From positions 3,005 to 67,004 of the forward strand of contig DASRHB010000003.1 of assembly GCA_035650755.1 (NCBI GenBank): DNA of 64,000 nt. The letters run 5' to 3'. Below are positions 38,001-48,005 of this stretch, piece after piece (within the stretch, counting starts at the first letter, position 1; each line of letters opens with the position of its first letter). Origin of the DNA: Candidatus Acidiferrales bacterium (GTDB lineage: Bacteria > Acidobacteriota > Terriglobia > Acidiferrales > UBA7541). The notes beneath the pieces are model-generated. The model was not told the origin of the DNA and ran no database searches. It saw only the letters and a list, made by a program, of their open reading frames with translations. The position numbers and the translations under genes were made by a program.

Positions 38001-40430
38001 ATGTACGCGCGAAGGGACGGAAGAGTGAGAATTCTGGTAGCTGATGATCACGAGGTAATTCGCAGAGGCGTGTGCGCTCTGCTGGCGGCGGGCGAAGACT
38101 GCGAAATTTGCGGTGAAGCCGTGGATGGGCAAGACGCGGTCGAAAAAGCGCAGCAGCTTCGCCCCGATCTCATCATCATGGACGTCAGCATGCCAAACCT
38201 GAATGGTTTGGAGGCGACCCGCGTCATTCGCCGCAATTTGCCTGAGACGCAAATTCTTATTCTCACTCAGCACGACTCACAGGAAATGATGCGTCAGGCG
38301 CTCAACGCCGGCGCTCGCGGTTTTGTGGTGAAGTCATCCGTGGCTCACGACCTGCTCAACGCGGTGGAGGCCGCGCAGCGCGGTGAGCCGTTTTTCGATT
38401 CGGGTGTTGTTCCGAAGGTATCGACAGCCGGTCCCGCCGACGCCAAGAAGATTCTGCAGCGTGAGGCGGAATTGGAACAGGCGCTCCGCGAAAGCGAGGA
38501 ACGCTACCGCGCGCTGGCAATGGCGACCGACCAGATCGTCTGGCGGTGTGATGCCGAGGGAAACAACGTCTGGACTTCAGAGAATTGGAAGCGTATCAGC
38601 GGAATCGACAGCACAGAAGCAAAAGGCTGGCGATGGCTTGAATCCCTCCATCCCGATGATCGCGAGCGTGTTTCGCAAAACTGGCGGGAATGCGTCAAAT
38701 CCGGCCGCCGCGAATATCACGATGAATTCCGCATCCGGGTAAGCGACGGCGGCTACCGTTATTTTGAATCACGCGCGGTTCCCGTTCGCAATTCGAATGG
38801 CACTCTCCGCGAATGGATCGGTACCAACGTCGACATTACAGAGCGCAAGCGGGTTGAACACGAATTGAGGGCCAGCGAACACCGGCGACGGATGGCATTT
38901 GCCGCGGCTCGTGTGGGCGGATTTATCTGGGACCCGCGAACCGGTGAATCCCAGCTTACCCCCGAACTTCAGGAAATATTCGGCTTGCAACCGGGCACGC
39001 ACGGGATTGCCAGTGCGGACCAATGGCTCGCGGGTGTCCACCCGGACGACCGCGGCCTCGTGTCAGAGAATATGATGCGAGCCGGATCGAATGCTCCGAT
39101 GGAGTTTGAATACCGATTTCAGCATCCGCAGCATGGACTGCGCTGGCTCTATGTCAAAGGACAGTGGGCTGACGGTTGGGAAAACATCAACTCTCACCAA
39201 GAGAAACCAGGTCCGAAGAAAGCTTATGGTGTGGTCCTGGATATTACTGAACGCAAGAGAGCCGAGGAGGAGCTGTCGCTTAGTCAACAGCGGCTGATGA
39301 TTGCTATGGCCGCTTCGCGCACCGGGACTTACCGCGTGGACCCCGACACGAATGCGGTTTTGCACCTCGGCGCAAACCTTGCGAGGCTGCTGGAAATACC
39401 GCCTGGTGAAGAGATCACCGATTGCCAGGATCTTCTCAAGCGCGTTCACCCGGACGACCTCCCAGCCGTTCGTGCGGAGATGGAGCGCTCTCGCGCCCAA
39501 GGCGAATTTCATGCGGAGTACCGAATTGTTCTGCCGGACGGAGGCGTCCGCTGGCTCTATGATCGCGGTCAGCTGATGCCCGATCCCATCACCGGCGGGA
39601 CGTACTTAGTCGGAGCATGCACGGACATCACCGAGCGCAAGCAGGCCGAGGCGGCATTGAAGCTCGTTCACGATGAGCTCGAAGTGCGCGTCCAGCAGCG
39701 AACTGCCGAGCTTTGTGCCGCCGAAGCAGGCTTGCGGCTGCTCTCAGGGCGGCTTATGCAACTGCAGGACGAGGAGCGGCGCCGCATCTCGCGCGAGTTG
39801 CACGACAGTTCGGGCCAGGCACTGGCGGCCCTTAGCATGTCTCTCTCGATGGTTGAGCGCGAAAAAGACAAGCTCAGCGAACGCGCCGGAAGGAACCTTA
39901 CCGACGCGCTACGGCTCGTTCGTGAACTCTCGCAGGAAATACGCACCATGTCTCATCTCCTGCATCCTCCGCTGCTCGATGAAGCAGGATTGGAATCGGC
40001 ATTGCGCTGGTTTGTCGAAGGTTTCGCGCAACGCAGCGGAGTCACCGTGGATTTAGAACTTTCGCCGGAACTCGGCCGCCTTTCGAAAGAGATGGAGATC
40101 GCCATCTTTCGTGTCGTCCAGGAATCGCTCGCCAACGTGCATCGGCATTCGGGAAGCAAGACCGCTCAGGTGCGCGTGGGGCGGGATGCACAAAAAGTCA
40201 CTCTGGCAATTTGCGATCACGGCCATGGATTCACGGCGGATTCCAAAGTTGCCACCAGCCCCGCTTTTCCCGGCGTAGGAATTCAGGGTATGCGAGAACG
40301 TATCCGGCAATTAGGCGGTCATTTCGACATCCGGTCCACTGAAAGTGGTACGACGGTTCGCGCGGAGATCCCGGTGACCGCGGCGGAGACGACTGCCGCG
40401 GGTAAAGTCGCTCAAGTCGCTACGCGCTAG
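38001..40430 (+). CDS. Hybrid sensor kinase: N-terminal receiver, 3 PAS/PAC modules, HisKA_3 and HATPase_c
   Basis: The REC domain is RILVADDHEVIRRG...PDLIIMDVSMPNLNG...ILILTQH...GARGFVVK. Three PAS/PAC modules each end in ...DITERK. The HisKA_3 region is LQDEERRRISRELHDSSGQ. The ATPase N, G1 and G2 regions are ESLANVHRHS, DHGHGF and GVGIQGMRER. A GTG at 38025 is an alternative start. Confidence 0.9.
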   Translation: MYARRDGRVRILVADDHEVIRRGVCALLAAGEDCEICGEAVDGQDAVEKAQQLRPDLIIMDVSMPNLNGLEATRVIRRNLPETQILILTQHDSQEMMRQALNAGARGFVVKSSVAHDLLNAVEAAQRGEPFFDSGVVPKVSTAGPADAKKILQREAELEQALRESEERYRALAMATDQIVWRCDAEGNNVWTSENWKRISGIDSTEAKGWRWLESLHPDDRERVSQNWRECVKSGRREYHDEFRIRVSDGGYRYFESRAVPVRNSNGTLREWIGTNVDITERKRVEHELRASEHRRRMAFAAARVGGFIWDPRTGESQLTPELQEIFGLQPGTHGIASADQWLAGVHPDDRGLVSENMMRAGSNAPMEFEYRFQHPQHGLRWLYVKGQWADGWENINSHQEKPGPKKAYGVVLDITERKRAEEELSLSQQRLMIAMAASRTGTYRVDPDTNAVLHLGANLARLLEIPPGEEITDCQDLLKRVHPDDLPAVRAEMERSRAQGEFHAEYRIVLPDGGVRWLYDRGQLMPDPITGGTYLVGACTDITERKQAEAALKLVHDELEVRVQQRTAELCAAEAGLRLLSGRLMQLQDEERRRISRELHDSSGQALAALSMSLSMVEREKDKLSERAGRNLTDALRLVRELSQEIRTMSHLLHPPLLDEAGLESALRWFVEGFAQRSGVTVDLELSPELGRLSKEMEIAIFRVVQESLANVHRHSGSKTAQVRVGRDAQKVTLAICDHGHGFTADSKVATSPAFPGVGIQGMRERIRQLGGHFDIRSTESGTTVRAEIPVTAAETTAAGKVAQVATR

Positions 40431-40555
40431 CGTATCGGCTACCGAACAAAAGCAGCGCAGTCGGGCACACCTTAAGTTCACGCCCCCAAACTCACGTTAC
40501 GATATTCGGCCTGATCTTCGGCTGAATTTGCGTGTTCGCGCGGAACTCGGTGAAC

Positions 40556-41218
40556 TCACGCTTCGATGATGTGATTGCGGATGGCGTAGCGTACGAGTTC
40601 GGTGACGGAATGACAATCGAGCCGGCGCATGATATTCGCGCGGTGCGTTTCTGCGGTTTTGACGCTGATGTTCAGGGCGACGGCCACTTCCTTGCTGCTT
40701 TTGCCTTCCGCCAGCAGTTGCAGGATCTGTTTTTGTCGTGCGGTCAGCCGCAAACCATTTTTGCGCGTATTGTCTTCTTCATTTTCCTTCGTCGGGCGCC
40801 CAAGGTAGCCTTCCAGCACCATCTGAGCGACCTTGGGTGTGAAGAAAGTTTTGTTACGCCGCAGCGCATCGACGGCCGACACCAGATCTCTACCGGCATC
40901 TGACTTGAGCAGATATCCTCGCGCTCCCGCTTCCAACGTTTGCCGGATAAGCGGATCGGAATCGTACATAGTGAGGATCAGAACCTTGGTTTGTACGCTC
41001 TTCAAGATCTCCCGAGCGGCTTCCAGGCCATTCAATTCCGGCATGCTCAAATCGAGAATCGTGACGTCTGGCTGTACCTGCTTGGCTTTTTCCACGGCTT
41101 CGCGGCCGTCTGCGGCTTCGGCGGCAACTTCCCAGCCGGGCTGCTCTTCCAGCAGAGTGCGCACGCCTTTGCGTACGACATCATGGTCGTCCGCCACGAG
41201 TAAGCGAAGGTTAGCCAT
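40556..41218 (-). CDS. NarL/FixJ-family response regulator (REC plus LuxR HTH)
   Basis: LRLLVADDHDVVRKG...PDVTILDLSMPELNG...VLILTMY...GARGYLLK, followed by LTARQKQILQLLAEGKSSKEVAVALNISVKTAETHRANIMRRL. GGAGG lies 5 nt before the ATG at 41218. Confidence 0.9.
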   Translation of the reverse strand: MANLRLLVADDHDVVRKGVRTLLEEQPGWEVAAEAADGREAVEKAKQVQPDVTILDLSMPELNGLEAAREILKSVQTKVLILTMYDSDPLIRQTLEAGARGYLLKSDAGRDLVSAVDALRRNKTFFTPKVAQMVLEGYLGRPTKENEEDNTRKNGLRLTARQKQILQLLAEGKSSKEVAVALNISVKTAETHRANIMRRLDCHSVTELVRYAIRNHIIEA

Positions 41219-41881
41219 CATAGCCTCCAACTAATTGGTGCGTGGCCTAAGCTTTGTTCTAATAACGCGAGACCCTCACACTGACTTTCAAAAAGCAGGG
41301 GCGGTAGTGGGCCGGACCGGCGAACCTGAGGTGAGCGCTGCTGCGAATGTGATCTGGGCTATAAGCTTCCCCAGCTTGACTTACAGCATCTCGCCTTTGG
41401 AAAAACTTTTCCATACAGAAATCCCTGTACGGCTCCCTGATGATGGCGTGCCGGAAACCTGTGAGGCAAAACCGGACACACTCGAAAGCTCTAAATCAAA
41501 TGATGCGCGGCGTTCGCCCTTAGGACACGAGATTGTGAAAATTTTGCGAAAAAGATGAATTTTTTTTCATGGTCTGCCTGACTGCCTGACCAATGATGTA
41601 GAACTAAAGTCTCAGCGAATTTCGCTGTGAGCAGAGAACAATTACTCCTGAGGAAAATTACTTCGGAGCAAACTGGCTCAGCCTCTTGCAAACACTTTCA
41701 CCGAAGACGAGAATCTTTCGTCACTGCTGGCATGCCGCGCAGCGCTTCAATCAAATTAGAAAAAAGCAATCCCATGCGCAGTCTCGCTGCGCCAAATTCC
41801 ACCCGGGCGGTTAACGAGGATTTTACGTGACCGAAACGCGCGCTGGCCCATAATGTCGGCATCAGTGGCCGGAGGTGGCGG

Positions 41882-42574
41882 TTGTCTCATCGCGTCGGGA
41901 TACCGATACTGGCGGTGTTTCTCGTATTTGCCCTGTGGCCGGCTGCGGCCATGGCTCACAACGTTTCGAAACGCGACGCATCGTTTGTGCAGGCCAACCG
42001 CGGAATCGCTGTGGGGCCATATCTTTACCTGGGCGCAAAGCACATGGTCACCGGATACGACCACCTGTTGTTTCTGGTGGGAGTCATATTTTTTCTTTAT
42101 CGCCTGAAAGACATCGTCCAGTACGTCAGCCTGTTCACGCTGGGCCATAGCACCACACTGCTGCTGGGCGTGCTTGGCGGAGTGCGGGCCAACTCCTACC
42201 TGATTGATGCAGTGATCGCGCTCTCCGTCGTTTACAAAGCGTTTGACAACATGGACGGTTTCAAGCGGTTCCTGGGCTTTCAGCCCAACACAAAAATGGC
42301 TGTGCTCATTTTTGGACTCTTCCACGGTTTTGGCCTGGCTACCAAGCTGCAAGATCTGGTCACCTCGCAAACCGGCTTGGTGACGAATATTCTGAGCTTT
42401 AACGTCGGTGTCGAGATAGGGCAGGTGCTTGCGCTCTCCGCGGTACTAATTGGTTTGAGCTATTGGCGGTCCAAGGGCGGCTTTCTGCGCCACGCGTTTG
42501 CCACCAACACGGCTCTCATGACTGGCGGATTCATCCTGCTCACTTATCAACTGGCGGGGTACATAACGCAATGA
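41882..42574 (+). CDS. HupE/UreJ-like (HupE_UreJ_2) metal permease
   Basis: Signal-like N-terminus ending AAAMAH. The motif GAKHMVTGYDHLLFLVGVIFF and a second His-containing helix (LFHGFGLA) are present, with about 6 helices in all. The TTG at 41882 lies 6 nt after GGAGGTG. Confidence 0.75.
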   Translation: MSHRVGIPILAVFLVFALWPAAAMAHNVSKRDASFVQANRGIAVGPYLYLGAKHMVTGYDHLLFLVGVIFFLYRLKDIVQYVSLFTLGHSTTLLLGVLGGVRANSYLIDAVIALSVVYKAFDNMDGFKRFLGFQPNTKMAVLIFGLFHGFGLATKLQDLVTSQTGLVTNILSFNVGVEIGQVLALSAVLIGLSYWRSKGGFLRHAFATNTALMTGGFILLTYQLAGYITQ

Positions 42575-43239
42575 GCGAAGCAAATCACCCAGCGACCCTG
42601 GAAAGTCCCTCGCAGCGGCAGATCCTCAGGGCTACGGGGATCGCCATCCTGATAGCGGCAATTATCTGCGTAACGATTGTGTTGCCGGCGGAATATGGCA
42701 TCGATCCGTTGCACACCGGAGCGGCACTGGGCCTGCTCAGCCTCTCGAAAGCCACGGCCAATGCGGCGCCGGCGGCCACGGCTGTATCCGCGGCAGAAGC
42801 TCCAGCGGAGATTCAGGCTCCGGTGATCAAAGGCGTTTTCGTTTCCCAGCCAGGCTCCTACAAAGTGGATTCGCGCGAATTGACTCTGGGGCCGGGCGAG
42901 GGCATCGAGATCAAGTACCACATGCAAAAGGGCTCCGGAATGGTCTATTCGTGGACCGCGAACCGGAACGTCGAGTACGAATTCCATGGCGAGCCGGACG
43001 TGAAACCGGCCGGCGCCGGCGAGGATTATTTCGAAAGCTACGAAAAAGACGACGCGCAGGGGAAAAAGGAATCGCACGGGACCTTTACCGCGCCGAGCAC
43101 CGGAATTCAGGGCTGGTTCTGGGACAACGAATCCCCTTCGCCCGTCACTATCAAATTAGTGACCGCCGGATTTTACGATTACATCTTGCAAAACAAAGAC
43201 GACGTAAAGACGCGCCTCCAGCCCACGGACCCAAAGTAG
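42571..43239 (+). CDS. Hypothetical anchored protein translationally coupled to the HupE-like gene
   Basis: Its ATG at 42571 overlaps the TGA of the upstream gene (ATGA). It has one TM helix (GIAILIAAIICVTIVL), an Ala-rich linker and a ~150-aa beta-rich domain (YSWTANRNVEYEFHGEP...). No family recognised. Confidence 0.6.
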   Translation: MSEANHPATLESPSQRQILRATGIAILIAAIICVTIVLPAEYGIDPLHTGAALGLLSLSKATANAAPAATAVSAAEAPAEIQAPVIKGVFVSQPGSYKVDSRELTLGPGEGIEIKYHMQKGSGMVYSWTANRNVEYEFHGEPDVKPAGAGEDYFESYEKDDAQGKKESHGTFTAPSTGIQGWFWDNESPSPVTIKLVTAGFYDYILQNKDDVKTRLQPTDPK

Positions 43240-43292
43240 CCCATCGCTCCCGAAGTAGCCGCGTGGCGCGCGCTAATTCGCCGAAAAGACGA

Positions 43293-43339
43293 GGACTCTT
43301 CGCATCCTGGGCCGGTGACGGAATCGTCGCGAAGAGTCC
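43293..43339. terminator. 11-bp inverted repeat between convergent genes (possible bidirectional terminator)
   Basis: GGACTCTTCGC (43293-43303) pairs with GCGAAGAGTCC (43329-43339) around a 25-nt loop, flanked by GCCGAAA direct repeats. There is no clean U-tract. Confidence 0.3.
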
Positions 43340-43417
43340 GCCGAAATCGGCACGAATCCGCCTCCGCTGCCTCATGATTCTGCTCGACTAACTGGCGGTG
43401 GTGATGAAACGAGTGAT

Positions 43418-46400
43418 TCAGGGGTTTGCAGCTCGCTGCGAGGGAATCGCTCGCTCCGCTCCGAGCGATTCCGTTTGCGGCCTGCCTTGACCTTCTCGGT
43501 CTTGCAGCGCGCGAAGCGTTTTCGCGCCACTCGCCCATGCTCGGAAACGATCCATATAAAGATATACGACCGGCGTGGTGTAAAGCGTGAGCATCTGGCT
43601 CACGAGCAAACCGCCCACTATCGCGATGCCCAAAGGCCGCCGAAGCTCTGACCCATTCCCGCCGCCCACTGCGATGGGCACGCCGGCAAACATCGCCGCC
43701 ATCGTCGTCATGATAATTGGCCTGAAGCGCAGCAAACAGGCTTGGTAGATCGACTGCTCTGGGCTATTCCCTTCTTCGCGCTCCGCCTGAATGGCGAAGT
43801 CAATCATCAGAATCGCGTTCTTCTTGACGATTCCGATCAACAGGATGATCCCTATAAAGGCGATGATGCTCAGCTCTGTCCGGAAGATCAGCAAGGCCAG
43901 AAGAGCGCCCACTCCCGCCGATGGCAGCGTCGAAAGGATAGTCACGGGATGCACGTAATTCTCATAAAGGATTCCCAGAACGATGTAAATCGTGACCAGT
44001 GCCGCCAGGATGAGATAGGGTTCGCTGGCGAGTGAATCCTGGAAAACCTGGGCCGTACCTTGAAATCCCGGATGAATCGTCGCGGGCACAATCATCGTGC
44101 GCACCGCGTCTTGAACGGCGACGACGGCCTCCCCAAGGGTCACATTCGGTGCCAGGTTAAAAGAGAACGTTATCGCGGGAAACTGGCCCTGGTGCGCTAC
44201 AGCAAGTGAGGTCGTGGAATAGTCGTAATGCGTAAAGGCGCTGAGCGGAATTTCCCGGCCCGTGTTGGAACGAACATAAATGTTCTTCAATGAATCGGGA
44301 CTTTGCTGAAACTCCTGAGCGATTTCCATAACCACGTGGTATTGGTTGAGTCCTTTGTACATCGTGGAGACCTGTCGCTGGCCGAAGGCATCGTAAAGCG
44401 CGTTGTCAATCGTCTGCGCGCTCAGGCCAAGCCGCGCAGCCGTATCGCGATCGATTACTAATCCCGCTTTCAGCGCGCGGCTCTGTAGATCACTGTTTAC
44501 GTCCTGAAGCTCGGGGATCGTTCGGAGCTTGCGGTCCACAATGGGCGCAAAAGCCAGCAGGTCCTGGAGGTTGTCGCCTTGCAGTGTGTATTGGAACTGC
44601 GCATTACCTCCACGGCCGCCGATCTGCACGTCCTGCTGCGGCTGCATGAAGAAGTTAGCCCCCGGCACCGTGGCCAGCTTGGGTCGGAGCCGATTGATGA
44701 TTTGTGTCGCGCTATCTTTCCGTTGTCCGAGAGGCTTTAAGCTGATGCTAACACCCGCCACATTGGTTCGACTGATGAAGCCGGTAACGGCTTCCACAGC
44801 GGGATCGGCTTTCACAATGGCGAGGTAGTCCAGCAGCTTCTGCTGCATGGTTTGGAAGGAAGTGTCTTCGCGCGCCCGGGCGATGCCGTTGATGCGGCCG
44901 GTATCCTGCTGGGGAAAGAACCCTTTCGGAATCACCACGTACAGATAGGTCGCCAGACACACGGTCCCGACAGTAATGCCAAGCACAAAGGGCTGGTGTC
45001 CGAGAACCCAGCGGAGACTTTTTGCATATCCTTCATACATCCAGTTAAACCCGCGTTCGCCGGCTCGGCCCAATCTGCCATGTTTCTGATCCTTTCGGGA
45101 CTTGAGGAACTTTGCACACATCGCCGGTGTTGTGGTTAACGAAACGATCATCGAGATGGCCACGGCAACGCTCAAGGTGACCGCGAATTCTCTAAAAATA
45201 CGGCCAAGAATGCCCCCCATCAGCAAAATCGGGATAAATACCGCGATCAATGACGTGCTCATCGAGAGCACCGTAAAACTGATCTCACGCGATCCGCGCA
45301 ACGCTGCTTCCAGGGGAGGAAGTCCCTGCTCAAGGTAACGGGAAATGTTTTCGATTACGACGATGGCGTCATCGACGACGAAACCGGTGGAGATGGTCAG
45401 CGCCATCAATGACAGATTGTCGATCGAGTAGTGCAGCAAGTACATCACGCCGAATGTGCCGACCAATGACAGCGGCACCACAACTGTGGGAATCGATGTA
45501 GCCCATACGCTGCGGAGAAAACAAAACACCACCAAGATGACAAGCACGACCGAAATGATGAGCGTCACCTGCACATCTCGAACCGAGGCCCGAATCATCC
45601 TCGTGCTGTCTTCGGTCACCTCCAGGTGCATCGACGGGGGAATCGACGCCCGCAGCATCGGCAAGAGCGCCATTACGCGGTCTGAGGTGTCGATGATATT
45701 GGCCTGTGGCTGTCGAAACAAGTCGAGGATGATCGCCGGTTTGCCATCCACGAATCCTGCATTACGTATGTTCTCCTGGCTGTCGACAATAGTGGCGACA
45801 TCCGAAAGCCTCACCGGTGCGCCGTTGCGATACGCAATGATCAGCGGAGCGTACTGTTTCGCTCGAAAAAGCTGATCGTTGCTGTTCAGTATCATCATGC
45901 GGTTGTTGTCCGATAGCGCACCCTTGGGAACGTCGGCGTTCGCCGCTGCCAGAGCCGCCCGCACGTCGTTCAAACCGATGCCGAGCTTACTCAGAAGAAG
46001 CGGATTCAGTTCCACTCGCACTCCGGGCCTGGAACCCCCGCCGATATTTACTTGACCCATCCCTGGTATTTGCAAAAGCTTCTGCGCAACGATTGACTCC
46101 GCTACGTCGTAGAGTTCCGGCCTGGTGGCTGTATCCGAGGTCACCGCCAGATTCATGAAGTCCGATTCCGCAGGATTTACCTTTCGCCAGTTCGGATTTG
46201 TCGGCAGGTTCGCGGGAAGCTGACCACGGGCCGCATTGATAGCGGCCTGCACGTCACGCGCGGCGCCGTTGACATCACGGCTGAGATCGAACAGCATGGT
46301 GATGTACGTGCCTCCAAGCTGGCTCACCGATGTCATTTGCGTAATGCCGGCGATACGCCCAAACATGCGTTCGAGCGGCGTGGCAATCGCTGTTGCCACC

Positions 46401-46573
46401 GTTTCGGGACTTGCACCCGGAAGGCTGGAAAAAACTGTGATCGTCGGATATTCGACTTCGGGTAGCCGAGCCATCGGCAGCGAGCGGTAAGCTACTCCGC
46501 CGAACAGGAGCAGACCCATACTCAGAAGGGATGTTGCGACAGGTCGCTTGACGAACGGAGCCGAGATGTTCAT
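43418..46573 (-). CDS. RND (HAE1, MdtB/MdtC/AcrB-like) efflux permease
   Basis: MNISAPFVKRPVATSLLSMGLLLFGGVAYRSLPMARLPEVEYPTITV...GASPETVATAIATPLE closely parallels MdtB/C N-termini. The length and 12-TM layout are typical. I prefer the ATG at 46573 over the GTG at 46597. Confidence 0.93.
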   Translation of the reverse strand: MNISAPFVKRPVATSLLSMGLLLFGGVAYRSLPMARLPEVEYPTITVFSSLPGASPETVATAIATPLERMFGRIAGITQMTSVSQLGGTYITMLFDLSRDVNGAARDVQAAINAARGQLPANLPTNPNWRKVNPAESDFMNLAVTSDTATRPELYDVAESIVAQKLLQIPGMGQVNIGGGSRPGVRVELNPLLLSKLGIGLNDVRAALAAANADVPKGALSDNNRMMILNSNDQLFRAKQYAPLIIAYRNGAPVRLSDVATIVDSQENIRNAGFVDGKPAIILDLFRQPQANIIDTSDRVMALLPMLRASIPPSMHLEVTEDSTRMIRASVRDVQVTLIISVVLVILVVFCFLRSVWATSIPTVVVPLSLVGTFGVMYLLHYSIDNLSLMALTISTGFVVDDAIVVIENISRYLEQGLPPLEAALRGSREISFTVLSMSTSLIAVFIPILLMGGILGRIFREFAVTLSVAVAISMIVSLTTTPAMCAKFLKSRKDQKHGRLGRAGERGFNWMYEGYAKSLRWVLGHQPFVLGITVGTVCLATYLYVVIPKGFFPQQDTGRINGIARAREDTSFQTMQQKLLDYLAIVKADPAVEAVTGFISRTNVAGVSISLKPLGQRKDSATQIINRLRPKLATVPGANFFMQPQQDVQIGGRGGNAQFQYTLQGDNLQDLLAFAPIVDRKLRTIPELQDVNSDLQSRALKAGLVIDRDTAARLGLSAQTIDNALYDAFGQRQVSTMYKGLNQYHVVMEIAQEFQQSPDSLKNIYVRSNTGREIPLSAFTHYDYSTTSLAVAHQGQFPAITFSFNLAPNVTLGEAVVAVQDAVRTMIVPATIHPGFQGTAQVFQDSLASEPYLILAALVTIYIVLGILYENYVHPVTILSTLPSAGVGALLALLIFRTELSIIAFIGIILLIGIVKKNAILMIDFAIQAEREEGNSPEQSIYQACLLRFRPIIMTTMAAMFAGVPIAVGGGNGSELRRPLGIAIVGGLLVSQMLTLYTTPVVYLYMDRFRAWASGAKTLRALQDREGQGRPQTESLGAERAIPSQRAANP

Positions 46574-46729
46574 TGGGTGCTGCCGCTTATGTTCCACCCC
46601 GGTGAACTAATAGTATCACTATAAGAATCCCGACGCGTCGGAGCAGGCCGGGTATAGACGTTCTAGGAACTTCGTTACTGGAACGACCGGCCTGATATAA
46701 TCCCCCCCAAAACACCCCGGAGGAGAAAC

Positions 46730-47821
46730 ATGAGTACTCGACTTGCATTTGCGGCTGCATTGCAGCTGCTGGCTTTCTCCGCTCTAGCCGTGGGCCAAAC
46801 AACGCCGCCACAAAAGGCGCCTGTATTGACATTCGTCAGCAGCATCCCGCTCGCCAATGTTGATGGACGCATGGATCACATGAGCGTGGATTTGAAGGGC
46901 CAGCGCCTATTCGCGGCCGCCTTTGACAATCACACTCTCGAAGTTATCGATCTCAAGACTGGCAAGCAAGTGAAGTCGCTTCCGTTCGACAATCCACAGA
47001 ACTCGTACTATGTCAATTCTGTCAACCGTCTGTTTGTTTCCTCCGAAGGCGACGGGACCGTGAAGATTTTTGATGGCACGAGCTTCGCGCTTCAGCGAAC
47101 AGTGAAACTGACTGAGGATGCGGATAACATGCGCTATGACGCGCGCCGCCAGCACGTACTTGTCGACTATGGAGGAGAGAAATTTCTGTACGGGAAGGTC
47201 CAGGGTAGAGAAGGGGAGAAGGACGGTGCAGTGGCAGTTCTGGGCCTGGACGGTAACAAGCTCGCCCAGATCCCCACTAGCGGGCACCCCGAGGCGCTCC
47301 AACTCGAGGAGAAGGGAAACCGCATCTTCATCAATTCTCCGGATAACCATTATGTTGTGGTAGCCGATCTTGACACCAACAAGGTGCTGGCCCACTGGAG
47401 TAACCCGCAGTGCGAGAATTATCCGATGGCGCTCGACGAAGCTCGCCATCGGATTTTCGTGTTTTGCCGCGGTGCCAGCTACGTGTCTGTGATCGATACC
47501 GAGAGCGGCAAGCAAGTGGCAACCATCCAGGCCACGCCGCTATCCACCTCGGACGATATGTTCTACGATCCCGCCAAGAGCCGGCTCTATATCGTGTCGA
47601 GAATACTAATCGAAAAAGACAATCCAAGAGCTGAAGGTCCGGGTGTCGTTGACGTGATCCAGCAGCAGAATGGTGATCATTACGAGAAGGTCGCGACCTA
47701 CACGACGGGATACGGCGCGCAGACCGGGCTCTTCGTACCCGAATGGGGAAAGCTATTCGTGGCCACGCGTCACCAGCCAACCGGCCAAAACGGCGAAATC
47801 CTCATCTATCAGACGAAATAG
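46730..47821 (+). CDS. Secreted YncE/YVTN-like beta-propeller protein, paralogue 1
   Basis: GGAGGAG RBS and signal peptide AFSALAVGQ. It has repeated blade-like segments and shares motifs with 48006-49046 (D..RYD......V.YG; YPMALDE..HRIF; G....Y.......FV..R..P......I.IY). Confidence 0.7.
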   Translation: MSTRLAFAAALQLLAFSALAVGQTTPPQKAPVLTFVSSIPLANVDGRMDHMSVDLKGQRLFAAAFDNHTLEVIDLKTGKQVKSLPFDNPQNSYYVNSVNRLFVSSEGDGTVKIFDGTSFALQRTVKLTEDADNMRYDARRQHVLVDYGGEKFLYGKVQGREGEKDGAVAVLGLDGNKLAQIPTSGHPEALQLEEKGNRIFINSPDNHYVVVADLDTNKVLAHWSNPQCENYPMALDEARHRIFVFCRGASYVSVIDTESGKQVATIQATPLSTSDDMFYDPAKSRLYIVSRILIEKDNPRAEGPGVVDVIQQQNGDHYEKVATYTTGYGAQTGLFVPEWGKLFVATRHQPTGQNGEILIYQTK

Positions 47822-48005
47822 CCTTTATAGTCCTTTCTCGGGCGTCGCTGCGAACGTCTGGGCAGAGAGGCGCGTTAAAATATCAGCTCTTCTGTTAGCC
47901 ATGTCATTAGCCATTGCCACACTCAGGTTCGAGCGCTATCGTGTTCGAATTGGCAACCGCAGTGTTCGTGACTTCGGCACCTGACTTTCTTAAGCGGTAA
48001 TTGCC

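Noticed and set aside
41231-41881. 107-aa ORF (41235-41558) and a possible cobalamin or NiCo riboswitch upstream of the HupE-like gene
   Set aside because: The ORF lacks an RBS and any protein-like features. I could not find a B12-box or the AGGGAA/GGTGAAA core, nor NiCo consensus elements. Only small generic hairpins are present.
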